Of a stretch of DNA of 32,000 bases, positions 14,322 through 22,388 are shown one piece after another; position 1 is the stretch's first letter; each line of letters begins with the position of its first letter. Below the pieces are notes generated by a model that was not told where the DNA came from, searched no databases, and worked only from the letters and a program-made list of their open reading frames with translations. A program made the translations under genes and the position numbers. Origin of the DNA: an uncultured Alphaproteobacteria bacterium (lineage in GTDB: Bacteria > Pseudomonadota > Alphaproteobacteria > Rs-D84 > CACZYB01); contig CAKQHZ010000002.1 of NCBI GenBank assembly GCA_934246625.1, positions 132,817 to 164,816 on the forward strand, read 5' to 3'.

Positions 14322-16004
14322 ATGATAGGAGAAGGAAACTTCGGCTATAATTCACAAAATGATGATGAAATTCAAAATTTTATTCCACGAATCACTGTAA
14401 TGGGTGTTGGTGGTGCTGGTTGTAATGCTGTTGGCAATATGATTTCTCAAGGTATTGATGGTGTGGATTTTGTTGTGGCAAATACTGATGCTCAATCTTT
14501 GATGTTGTCAAAGGCTCCTCGTAAAATTCAACTTGGAAAACAAACTACTCGTGGATTTGGTGCTGGCTCAAAACCAGAAGTTGGTAAAACTGCGGCTGAA
14601 GAATCTTTGAATGAAATTGCAGATGTCGTTAAAAATGCAAATATTCTTTTCTTGACTGGTGGTATGGGTGGTGGAACTGGAAGTGGTGCTATACCTGTGA
14701 TTGCATCTGTGGCAAAGGAAAAGGGAATTTTGACTATTGCAATTATTACAACTCCTTTTGATTTTGAAGGTGAAAAGAAAAAACGTATTGCAGAGGAGGC
14801 AATAGCTGAATTACTTCCTAATGTGGATTGTGTTATTACTTTGCCAAATCAAAATTTGTTCAAGGTTGCGGATAAACAAATGTCATTTATCAATGCCTTT
14901 AAACTTTCTGATAATGTCCTTTATGAAGGTGTTAGAAATATTACAGATTTGATTATGAAACCTGGTTTGATTAACCTTGATTTCGCAGATATAAGAACTG
15001 TGATGGAAGGTCAGGGAAAAACCATTATTGGAACAAGTGTTCAAAGTGGTGAAGATAGGGCATTGAAAGCAGTGAAGGGTGCTTTGCTTAATCCTCTTCT
15101 TTCTAATGAAAGTATTAGTGGGGCAAAGGGTATTTTGGTAAATATTACTGGTAATGCTGATAATCTTTCTTTGGAAGAAGTTAATGATATTATGAATACA
15201 ATTCGTGCCGATATAAATTCAAATGATGTTAATTTCGGCTTTGGAACTTGCTTTGACCCATCTATGGGTGATAGCTTGAAAGTTGCTATTATTGCAACTG
15301 GTATTAACGGTGATAATGTTAAAACAGATGTAAATACAACAAAAACAGAAGTTAATAATACTTCTTATAATTCATTTAATAATGTTGCAACTTCTAAACC
15401 TTACTCATTTACAAATATTGAAGAAAAAAAAGAAGAAGTTCGTGTTGAGCCAAAACCAATGGAAAAGCCTATGCCTAGTTTTATGGAAGAAACAGTTGTA
15501 AGTGATAATAAACTTGATAATTTCTTTAAAACCGGTGATGAAAAGGATATTCAAGCCTTTATTGATGAGGAAGCAGAAAAACTTAATGTCGCAAGTTCTG
15601 TTTCAAATGAACTTTTTTCTGATGAAAAAAATAGTATTTTAGATAGTAATGAAGATACTTCTTCTTTGGATAATGTATCTTTGAATGGCAATGGTGATGA
15701 TGACCATGATCCTGAACCACCAAAGGGAAAAAAGAAAAATCCTTTGTCTTCTTTCTTTGATATGATTGGTGAAAAGGATAGTGATGATACTTTTTTTGAT
15801 GATGTGGAAAAAGATGATAATGGTGATGTAAAATTTGAAAATCAATCTGAAATATCAGATAAAAAAGAAGATGATAATGTCGTTTTCTTGGCTGGAAATT
15901 TGGATACAAAGGACCCAGATGATAAGCAAATTGATTTGATGGAAATGATAAAGAAAATGGAAGAAACTTTGGAAATTCCTGCGATATTTAAAAAAGGTTC
16001 ATAA
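14322..16004 (+). CDS. ftsZ: Cell division protein FtsZ (long acidic C-terminal linker)
   Basis: GVGGAGCNAV, the tubulin signature GGMGGGTGSGA, and NLDFADIRTVM are all present. An acidic linker of about 230 aa ends in LEIPAIFKK, which looks like the conserved C-terminal peptide. Confidence 0.95.
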   Translation: MIGEGNFGYNSQNDDEIQNFIPRITVMGVGGAGCNAVGNMISQGIDGVDFVVANTDAQSLMLSKAPRKIQLGKQTTRGFGAGSKPEVGKTAAEESLNEIADVVKNANILFLTGGMGGGTGSGAIPVIASVAKEKGILTIAIITTPFDFEGEKKKRIAEEAIAELLPNVDCVITLPNQNLFKVADKQMSFINAFKLSDNVLYEGVRNITDLIMKPGLINLDFADIRTVMEGQGKTIIGTSVQSGEDRALKAVKGALLNPLLSNESISGAKGILVNITGNADNLSLEEVNDIMNTIRADINSNDVNFGFGTCFDPSMGDSLKVAIIATGINGDNVKTDVNTTKTEVNNTSYNSFNNVATSKPYSFTNIEEKKEEVRVEPKPMEKPMPSFMEETVVSDNKLDNFFKTGDEKDIQAFIDEEAEKLNVASSVSNELFSDEKNSILDSNEDTSSLDNVSLNGNGDDDHDPEPPKGKKKNPLSSFFDMIGEKDSDDTFFDDVEKDDNGDVKFENQSEISDKKEDDNVVFLAGNLDTKDPDDKQIDLMEMIKKMEETLEIPAIFKKGS

Positions 16005-16024
16005 AAATAATTTTTTAAACTTTG

Positions 16025-16059
16025 TCCCCCTTTGATTTTTTTCAAAGGGGGATTTTTTT
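16025..16059 (+). terminator. Rho-independent terminator after ftsZ
   Basis: tccccctttga pairs with tcaaaggggga (an 11-bp stem), followed by T7. The portal gene's SD and ATG follow only about 20 nt later. Confidence 0.7.
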
Positions 16060-16079
16060 AACTTAAATAAGGAGTTAAT

Positions 16080-17576
16080 ATGATTGAAAAGGAAATTTTT
16101 GATAAAAATTTTGTTGATGATGTCTATAACAGATATTTGAATGCAATAGAGAAAAGGTCAGTGTGGGAAAGTTATTGGGAAGAATGTTATGAATATGCTT
16201 TGCCACAAAAAAGTGGAACTTTTAATGGTGAAAATTTTTCTAATGTAAAGAAAAATACAAATGTTTTTGATTCCACTGCGGAATCTGCAGTTGACAGACT
16301 TGCAAGTAGTCTTCTTTCCCAACTTACTCCACCATGGTCAAAATGGTTTGGGTTGGAATTTGGTATTGATATAGCTGATGATGATAAAAAGGAAAAGTAT
16401 CTTCAACTTGAAAATATTGAAAAGATTTTGCAATCTCATTTGGATAGGTCAAATTTTTATGTGGAAGCTCATCAATGCTATTTGGATTTAATTACGGTTG
16501 GAACTGCGGTTATGTTATTTGAAGAAAATGCAGTAGGTGAAAATTCCGCATTTAAGTTTACTTCTGTGCCAATGAATGAAGTTGCGTTTGAAGAAAATAC
16601 GAATGGAAAGTTGGATACTGTATTTCGTCGTTCTTATGTCTCACTTGCAAATTTAAAAATAAGGTTTGCCAATGTTATTTTTGATGAAAAACAACAGGAA
16701 ATTATTTCCAAAAACCTTGATAAAAAAGTGTATGTGATAGAGGCTGTGTTGCCACGAATAACTTCTTCTGGACAACAGGGATATAATTATATTGCGTTTA
16801 TTGATGATGTAGAAAATATTTTTAATAGCTCTGTTAAAATAATTCTTAAAACAGGAGTATTTGCAAATTCTCCGTTTATTTGTTTCAGATGGCAAAAGGT
16901 TAGTTCTGAAATTTATGGAAGGTCTCCTGTGATGAAGGCTTTGCCAGATATTAAAACCGCAAATAAAGTTGTGGAACTTATTCTTAAAAATGCGTCTATT
17001 GCAGTAAGTGGTATTTGGCAAGCAGATGATGATGGCGTTTTGAATCCGCAAAATATAACTCTTGCTCCAGGAACAATTATTCCAAAGGCAGTTGGTTCTA
17101 GTGGGCTTACTCCACTTAGAAGTGGTGCCGATTTTGATGTTTCTCAGTTGGTATTGTCTGATTTGCGTGCAAAGATAAATCATTGTTTACTTGTGGATCA
17201 ATTAGATGTGTCAAATAATTTTAAAATGACTGCAACAGAAGTGATGGAAAGAATAAATCAAATATCTCGTGTGTTGGGGGCAACCTATGGCAGACTTCAA
17301 TCTGAATTTTTGACACCTGTGGTTATTCGTGCAATTTCTATTTTAAAAAGACGTGGTGAAATTTCAGATATACTTGTTAATGGATATGAAGTTGATTTGA
17401 AATATCAATCTCCACTTGCTCAAAATCAAATTGTTCGTGATGCAGAAAATATTTTGAATTGGATAAAAACTTTGTCAGAAGTGTGTGGTGATGCAACAAG
17501 TGTTATTGATAAAAAAGCGGTTGCGTTATATTTGGGAAAAGTTTTTGGTATTTCAGAACGATTGATTTGTGCATAG
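16080..17576 (+). CDS. Portal (head-to-tail connector) protein, T7 gp8-like
   Basis: VYNRYLNAIEKR..W.ECYEYALPQ, VDRLASSLLSQLTPPWSKWF, YGRSPVMKALPDI and MTATEVMERINQISRVLGATYGRLQSEFLTPVV parallel T7 gp8 (VYERLKNDR...CAQYTIPS, LNNLASKLMLALFPMQTWM, YGRSYIEEYLGDL, VTAEEIRYVASELEDTLGGVYSILSQELQLPLV). Confidence 0.85.
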   Translation: MIEKEIFDKNFVDDVYNRYLNAIEKRSVWESYWEECYEYALPQKSGTFNGENFSNVKKNTNVFDSTAESAVDRLASSLLSQLTPPWSKWFGLEFGIDIADDDKKEKYLQLENIEKILQSHLDRSNFYVEAHQCYLDLITVGTAVMLFEENAVGENSAFKFTSVPMNEVAFEENTNGKLDTVFRRSYVSLANLKIRFANVIFDEKQQEIISKNLDKKVYVIEAVLPRITSSGQQGYNYIAFIDDVENIFNSSVKIILKTGVFANSPFICFRWQKVSSEIYGRSPVMKALPDIKTANKVVELILKNASIAVSGIWQADDDGVLNPQNITLAPGTIIPKAVGSSGLTPLRSGADFDVSQLVLSDLRAKINHCLLVDQLDVSNNFKMTATEVMERINQISRVLGATYGRLQSEFLTPVVIRAISILKRRGEISDILVNGYEVDLKYQSPLAQNQIVRDAENILNWIKTLSEVCGDATSVIDKKAVALYLGKVFGISERLICA

Positions 17577-17586
17577 TGAGGATATT

Positions 17587-18465
17587 ATGGAGGAAGATTT
17601 TAGCTTGCCTTTTTTGGCTGGGTTTGATGTCCTTAAAATTCCAGTTATTGAAAATGGGATTCCTGTATGGCCTGAAAAATTCCCGATTGAAAAAATTGAG
17701 GAATTAAAGGTTCGGGTTGGAATGACAAAATTTTCTTCGCAAATGCTACTTAATCCTGTGCAATTAAATAAAGGGCGATTTGATATAAACAAGTTAAAAT
17801 TTTATAATTCTGATTTGTGTGTAGAGGAACATAATCACCTTTTGACCTTTACAATAAATGGTAAAAAAGTTGTCAGTTGTTCGTGTTGGTGGGATCCTTC
17901 GTATGGTTCAATCGGTGGTGATGGAAGTGTTATATCTGTTGTCTTTATTGATGTGGAAGGGCATTACTATCTTCATGACATAAAATATCTTTATCATTCG
18001 GATAAGAAAAAGGAAGAAATTCAATCGGCATTGGAACAATGTCAGCAGGTTGGTGAGTTTGTTAAGGCAAACTATATACCTTCGGTTTATGTTGAAACGA
18101 ATGGTATTGGTAAATTTTTACCAGAGTTTTTAAGAAATGAGTTTTTGAAAATGGGAATTTCCGCTGGGGTTGTTGAAAAGGTTTCTAGGGTTTCAAAAAA
18201 TCTTAGGATTTTAGATGCTTTTGATGTGATTACTTCGGCAGGATATTTATATGTTAATGAAAAGGTGAAAAATACCCCTTGGGTTGCGGAATTTTGTGAT
18301 TGGGGTGTTGATTCAAAAGCTCATGATGATGGACTTGATAGTGTGGCTGGTGCAATTTCGTCTGTGCCAGCCAAGTTGCCTATTTCTGTGTTGGCAAAAC
18401 AAAGAAAAGTAAGTTTTGCAGGGAAAACGTATAGGGTAAAGACAAATTTTGATATAGACTTTTGA
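17587..18465 (+). CDS. Terminase large subunit, C-terminal fragment (rest of the ATPase domain plus RNase H-like nuclease); split gene
   Basis: I prefer the ATG at 17587, which has a GAGGA SD 5 nt upstream; the track uses the GTG at 17569, overlapping the portal stop. IPVWPEKFP...MTKFSSQMLLNP matches T7 gp19 IIWPALYP...GKAGFTLQFMLNP. The nuclease motifs are WWDPSYGSIGGDGSVISVV, VYVETNGIG and KAHDDGLDSVAGAI (T7: ALAHDDRLDALA). Confidence 0.85.
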   Translation: MEEDFSLPFLAGFDVLKIPVIENGIPVWPEKFPIEKIEELKVRVGMTKFSSQMLLNPVQLNKGRFDINKLKFYNSDLCVEEHNHLLTFTINGKKVVSCSCWWDPSYGSIGGDGSVISVVFIDVEGHYYLHDIKYLYHSDKKKEEIQSALEQCQQVGEFVKANYIPSVYVETNGIGKFLPEFLRNEFLKMGISAGVVEKVSRVSKNLRILDAFDVITSAGYLYVNEKVKNTPWVAEFCDWGVDSKAHDDGLDSVAGAISSVPAKLPISVLAKQRKVSFAGKTYRVKTNFDIDF

Positions 18466-18484
18466 TTTTTTAGACAAATTATTA

Positions 18485-18513
18485 TTGACAAATAATGTTT
18501 TTAAGTTTATATT
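18485..18513 (+). promoter_or_regulatory. sigma70-like promoter
   Basis: TTGACA (18485-18490), a 17-nt spacer, then TATATT (18508-18513). Confidence 0.45.
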
Positions 18514-18542
18514 TAAGCTATATTTAATAAAGAGGTCAAAAT

Positions 18543-19184
18543 ATGGATATAAAGAAAAAAAGATATTATATTGTTTTTACTGGATTATTTCTTATAATTC
18601 TAGGTATGCTTATTTATGCTTTGCGACCTGTGAAAAAAGTTAAAAAAGAATCTAATGTGTTGACAAAAGTGTCGGCAGTAAAGACTGTAAAGGTAGTAAA
18701 GGCTGAAAAAGCAAAGGGATTGCCTCTTAATTTTGTTTATGATGTGCCAAGTGATTATAAAAGAACTATACCTCATTATGTTGGTATGAAACGACATATT
18801 GAAGATATGGATAATATGCAAATTGTTTGTAATGGTAAAAATTGTAAAAGACAGGTTCTTACAACTTCAAAGGTAAAAGTTTATCATACCAAAAAAGCAA
18901 AGAAAACTTTGAGTGTTGTAAATGGAAATGTTGTTTTTTCAAAAAATAATTTAAAATATCTTAAAAGTGATGTGAAAATTATTGGTGATTTGTATATTAA
19001 GGATATAAATTTCCTTAAAATTCCTGATAATTTTATTGTGCTTGGTAATATTTACCTTATCAATTCAGAAGGTTTGACTTTTATGGGTAAAACATATATT
19101 GATGGTCATATTTTTGTTAAGGGTAAAAGTAGTGTTAGGGCTTTGCCTTATAATGTGAAATTAACAGGACAGATTTTTATTTAA
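18543..19184 (+). CDS. Membrane-anchored protein with a repetitive beta-strand-rich C-terminus; unknown function
   Basis: The N-terminal TM helix is YYIVFTGLFLIILGMLIYAL. The C-terminus (IIGDLYIKDINFLKIPDNFIVLGNIYLINSEGLTFMGKTYIDGHIFVKG) has a periodic hydrophobic pattern. Confidence 0.5.
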   Translation: MDIKKKRYYIVFTGLFLIILGMLIYALRPVKKVKKESNVLTKVSAVKTVKVVKAEKAKGLPLNFVYDVPSDYKRTIPHYVGMKRHIEDMDNMQIVCNGKNCKRQVLTTSKVKVYHTKKAKKTLSVVNGNVVFSKNNLKYLKSDVKIIGDLYIKDINFLKIPDNFIVLGNIYLINSEGLTFMGKTYIDGHIFVKGKSSVRALPYNVKLTGQIFI

Positions 19185-19208
19185 GTTTTTAAAATAAATT
19201 TTATTATA

Positions 19209-19235
19209 GGGAGTTTTTTTAAACTCCCTTTTTTT
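19209..19235 (+). terminator. Rho-independent terminator
   Basis: gggagttt pairs with aaactccc, followed by T7. Confidence 0.6.
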
Positions 19236-19248
19236 ATTGGAGGAATAT

Positions 19249-19488
19249 ATGGAAGACAGTTTGAAAATTTTGTTAAAAGATAGCAAAGAAGATTTTTCAA
19301 ATATTGAAATTGATTTTTTGCGAACTTTTAATTCACTATCAGGGAAAAAAGTTTTGAAGTATTTGGTTGCCTTAACATTAGGGCGATATTTACCTTCGAA
19401 TTCGTCAAATGAAGAACTTCGTTATTTGGAGGGTGAACGTTTTATTGTATCATTTATTATCAATATGATAAAGAAAGCAAGACAATGA
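19249..19488 (+). CDS. Small phage-type protein (reminiscent of Bbp19-like proteins)
   Basis: I moved the start to the ATG at 19249, which has a GGAGGA SD; the track start is a TTG at 19237. F..FNSLSGKKVLKYL....LRYLEGERFIVSFIINMI resembles the F.t.eG..VL..L....l..eG.R.vv..I pattern I recall for Bbp19-family phage proteins. This is a low-certainty recollection. Confidence 0.45.
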   Translation: MEDSLKILLKDSKEDFSNIEIDFLRTFNSLSGKKVLKYLVALTLGRYLPSNSSNEELRYLEGERFIVSFIINMIKKARQ

Positions 19489-19590
19489 AAGCATTTATAC
19501 TTATTGCTATAATGTGTTTTCTTTGTTATTTATAAAATATATTTGTTTCAATTTTATATGTAATTTCTTTTTATTTTATAGGAGGAAATT

Positions 19591-19842
19591 ATGGTAAAAT
19601 CTATTTATTCGGCGAATTACGACTTTATGATAAATTTGTTGATTGAAAACAGAAAAAGTATTGGGCTTACACAAACAGAGTTGGCAAAATTGCTTGATAA
19701 ACCTCAATCATATATTTCAAAATATGAAAGCAAGGAAAGGAGAATTGATTTGTGTGAATTTCTTACTATTGTGAAGGCTATTAACAATAAAGATGCCTTA
19801 AGTTTGATTTCAACTTTGCTTGATAATTGGGTTTTGGAATAA
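19591..19842 (+). CDS. XRE/Cro-C1-type helix-turn-helix transcriptional regulator
   Basis: IGLTQTELAKLLDKPQSYISKYESKERRIDLCEF is a classic HTH_3 pattern. An extended -10 (TGCTATAAT, about 19510-19518) lies upstream. Confidence 0.75.
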   Translation: MVKSIYSANYDFMINLLIENRKSIGLTQTELAKLLDKPQSYISKYESKERRIDLCEFLTIVKAINNKDALSLISTLLDNWVLE

Positions 19843-20658
19843 TTATTTTTTAAGGTTTTTAAGTGGAATGTTGATAGTGTTTAATACTGTCAATAATTCA
19901 TTTTTTGCAGCAATGTGTGAAAGTGAAATTTCATCTTTGCCAATTTCCATTAAGTCAAGAATTGTTAAGCCCTTTAAAAACATTTCGCGGTAGACAACTC
20001 GTTCGCCAATGCCTGAAATGTATGTAAAACCAATTTCTGTTTGAAGCAATTTTAATATTGCGTCAATTTCACGTTTGTTTTTTGCATCTATGTGTGAAAT
20101 ACGATTTCTTAAAACTATCCAACGAAGGTCTTGTTTGCCAAGTTCCTTTCTTTTCTTTTGTATATCACGAATATTGTTTGTGTATTGGGATTCTGATATA
20201 ATCTTTTTTGTGTATGGGTCAATGTTTGCAATAACATCTATATCAACAAGGCTGTCATTTACAGGAGTTATCAAAATGTCTGCATTTTTGTGTCCTGCAT
20301 TTGAAAGATGATTGAATGTTCCTGGTGTATCAATAATGATTATATCGTATTCCTTTTTTAAATCTTGGATTTCTGCATCAAGTTGTTCTTCGTCCTCTGC
20401 AGAACTACGTTTGTTAGAAAATTGTGATGGAGTTACAACAAGATGTTCTGGCATAGGCAATTTTAGATGATTGTCATTTGCATAGCGAATACGATTTTCA
20501 ATGTAATGAGTAAGTGTTCCTTGACGACCATCTAGGTCAATAGTTGCAACTTTGTATCCTGCATATAGATAAGCTATAGCAAGATGGATTGAAAGTGTGG
20601 ATTTTCCACTGCCACCTTTCTCATTACCAACGACAATGACATAAGAATTATTGCTCAT
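19843..20658 (-). CDS. mipZ: Division-plane positioning ATPase MipZ
   Basis: I moved the start to the ATG at 20658, which has a GGAGAG SD. VIVVGNEKGGSGKSTLSIHLAIAYLYAGYKVATIDLDGRQGT...LRNR...YREMFLKGLTILDL closely follows Caulobacter MipZ (VIVVGNEKGGAGKSTIAVHL..ALLYGGAKVAVIDLDLRQRT...LRNR...YRELFPFGLTIADL). Confidence 0.8.
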   Translation of the reverse strand: MSNNSYVIVVGNEKGGSGKSTLSIHLAIAYLYAGYKVATIDLDGRQGTLTHYIENRIRYANDNHLKLPMPEHLVVTPSQFSNKRSSAEDEEQLDAEIQDLKKEYDIIIIDTPGTFNHLSNAGHKNADILITPVNDSLVDIDVIANIDPYTKKIISESQYTNNIRDIQKKRKELGKQDLRWIVLRNRISHIDAKNKREIDAILKLLQTEIGFTYISGIGERVVYREMFLKGLTILDLMEIGKDEISLSHIAAKNELLTVLNTINIPLKNLKK

Positions 20659-20742
20659 TTTTTCTCTCCAGTCGCTATTATACATTTTTTTTATGTTAAA
20701 ATAAAGAGATTTGTTTAATGTTTTTATATTTTTTTATCAATT

Positions 20743-20819
20743 TGGAGCACCCAAGAGGATTTAAACCTCTGACCTTTGGTTCCGGAAACCAATGCTCTGT
20801 TCAACTGAGCTATGGGTGC
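20743..20819 (-). tRNA. tRNA-Arg(CCG): tRNA-Arg (anticodon CCG), CCA encoded
   Basis: The reverse complement is GCACCCA-TA-GCTCAGTTGAACAGAGC-A-TTGGT-TTCCGGA-ACCAA-AGGTC-AGAGG-TTTAAAT-CCTCT-TGGGTGC-T-CCA, a full cloverleaf of 77 nt. Confidence 0.9.
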
Positions 20820-20830
20820 ATAAATTGAAA

Positions 20831-21091
20831 TTAAATCAATTTTGTAATTATATCTTCATCAGAGTCTATACAGATGGTTTTATCTCTGCTTGTTAATCCC
20901 TTTACAACTTCAATATTTGATTTTGCAATTTTTAATTTCTTTGAAAGAAATTTTATAAGTGCTTCGTTTGCCTTTCCATCAATGGGTGGCGTTGAAATTG
21001 CTATTTTTATCCTTTGTTCATCATACATTCCGCAAACTTCTTCGCGTTTTGCATTTGGTTGAAGATGTATGTAAATTAACCTTTTTGACAT
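20831..21091 (-). CDS. yggU: DUF167 / YggU-family protein
   Basis: 86 aa. V.PNAKREEV...IKIAISTPPIDGKANEALIKFLSKKLKIAKSNIEVVKGLTSRDK matches the UPF0235 signature (P..GKAN..L..fLa..l......i.i..G..sr.K). Confidence 0.75.
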   Translation of the reverse strand: MSKRLIYIHLQPNAKREEVCGMYDEQRIKIAISTPPIDGKANEALIKFLSKKLKIAKSNIEVVKGLTSRDKTICIDSDEDIITKLI

Positions 21092-21633
21092 ATTTCACTA
21101 AGGTGGTTTAAGATAATTTGTTTTGTTTGTTCTGGTGAAAGGTTTGAATTATCTATTTCCAATTTGTTTTTATTTTTTATTTCAATCATATCATATTTGT
21201 AGACTTGTTTTGCAATGTCGGTATTTGTTAATTTCATTTTTTTTGCACGTTCTTCGTTCACAACTCGTGAAAGCAAAGTTTTTTCGTTTGGTTTAAGTAT
21301 TACAGGAACATAAGTATGATTGATGTCCTTTGCAAATTTTGTTATAAGTTTATAAAATTCTTTATCATCTTTGGAATTTGTAAGAAAGTTTGTGAAAATA
21401 AGGTCATCTTTTATGTCAAGTTTTGTAAAATATTCAAATGCAACTTCGTATAATTTATTTATGTATTTGTCCTTGAATGCAGGAAGGGTTGTTGACAAGT
21501 CAGTTAAACAGAAAAGGACATTGTTTATTGTGTGATTATCAAAAATTTTGAAATTTCCGTCCTTTGCAATTTCGTTTGCAATAGTTAATTTTCCAGCTGC
21601 AGGGTATCCAATAAGATGTGTTATAAATTTCAT
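21076..21633 (-). CDS. P-loop NTPase / kinase-like protein
   Basis: Walker A-like GYPAAGKLT at the N-terminus; 185 aa. No further family assignment is possible by eye. Confidence 0.55.
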   Translation of the reverse strand: MKFITHLIGYPAAGKLTIANEIAKDGNFKIFDNHTINNVLFCLTDLSTTLPAFKDKYINKLYEVAFEYFTKLDIKDDLIFTNFLTNSKDDKEFYKLITKFAKDINHTYVPVILKPNEKTLLSRVVNEERAKKMKLTNTDIAKQVYKYDMIEIKNKNKLEIDNSNLSPEQTKQIILNHLSEICQKG

Positions 21634-21644
21634 TTTTTAACCTT

Positions 21645-22388
21645 TCAATATTGAGCTTTTTCAAAATAAAGACCGCAAGCAGGGGCGGTTGGACCAGCAA
21701 CTTTTCGGTCCTTTGCATTAAGTATTTTTATAAAATCTTCCTCTGTAAGTTTATGACGACCGACCATTTCAAGTGTGCCGACAATATTTCTTACCTGATG
21801 ATGAAGAAAGGATTTTGCATTTACCTTTATTTCTATTAAATCGTTATATCTTTCTACACTTATTTTGTCAAGTGTTTTGATAGGGGATTTCGCTTGACAT
21901 TCAGAGGCACGAAACGATGAAAAATCGTGTTTGCCGACAAGGTTTTGTGCTACTTTGTCCATAAAATCAACGTCCAATGGGTGATATACCCACCATACAC
22001 GATTTTTTTCAATAATGGGGCGTGATGGACGATTTAGGATTTTGTAAATGTAATATCTTTTTTTGCATGAAAATCTTGCGTGGAAATCATCATCTACTTT
22101 TTCAACATTAAGTATGGTTATATCTTCGTTTGCAGATTGAAGATGAAAATTTGTTGCCATTAAAATTTTGTATGGGTCGTATTCCTTTGAAAGTTCTATG
22201 TGTGCGGACATTGCGATTGCGTGAACGCCAGCGTCTGTGCGGCCTGCAGAATAGCACTCTGTTTTTTCACCACAAAATTTGAATATGGCGGTTTCTATTG
22301 CCTGTTGTATAGATGGGCTGTCGTCTTGGATTTGCCAACCAGAATATTTTGTTCCGATATATTCTATTTCAAGTTTGTATTTTGCCAT
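21645..22388 (-). CDS. truA: tRNA pseudouridine(38-40) synthase TruA
   Basis: YKLEIEYIGTKYSGWQIQ, the catalytic GRTDAGVHA, FHARFSCKKRYY and SFLHHQVRNIVG are all present. Confidence 0.9.
   Translation of the reverse strand: MAKYKLEIEYIGTKYSGWQIQDDSPSIQQAIETAIFKFCGEKTECYSAGRTDAGVHAIAMSAHIELSKEYDPYKILMATNFHLQSANEDITILNVEKVDDDFHARFSCKKRYYIYKILNRPSRPIIEKNRVWWVYHPLDVDFMDKVAQNLVGKHDFSSFRASECQAKSPIKTLDKISVERYNDLIEIKVNAKSFLHHQVRNIVGTLEMVGRHKLTEEDFIKILNAKDRKVAGPTAPACGLYFEKAQY

Larger units (their letters stand above)
16080..18465 (+). mobile_element. T7-like virion gene block, right piece (portal plus TerL C-fragment)
   Basis: See the two CDS entries for this piece. It begins directly downstream of the ftsZ terminator. 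Confidence 0.8.

Noticed and set aside
14322-16004. ftsZ as a phage-encoded tubulin (PhuZ/TubZ-like)
   Set aside because: It has the full canonical FtsZ signature (GGGTGSG, NLDFAD), an alphaproteobacterial-type long linker and the conserved C-terminal peptide. It also has its own DnaA-box promoter.
12669-17568. An 8-bp microhomology, ATTGATTT, at both terL breakpoints (12670-12677 and 17561-17568) as the recombination core
   Set aside because: The word is common in this AT-rich sequence. It would also introduce an in-frame TGA if it lay inside an ancestral terL. It is not significant on its own.
12060-18465. The split terL as a simple frameshift, sequencing error or intein/intron
   Set aside because: The halves are separated by 4.9 kb containing independently expressed genes (tRNA, ftsZ, portal) with their own promoters and terminators. 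I see no intein or homing-endonuclease ORF and no group I/II intron features. Assembly chimerism cannot be excluded without reads.
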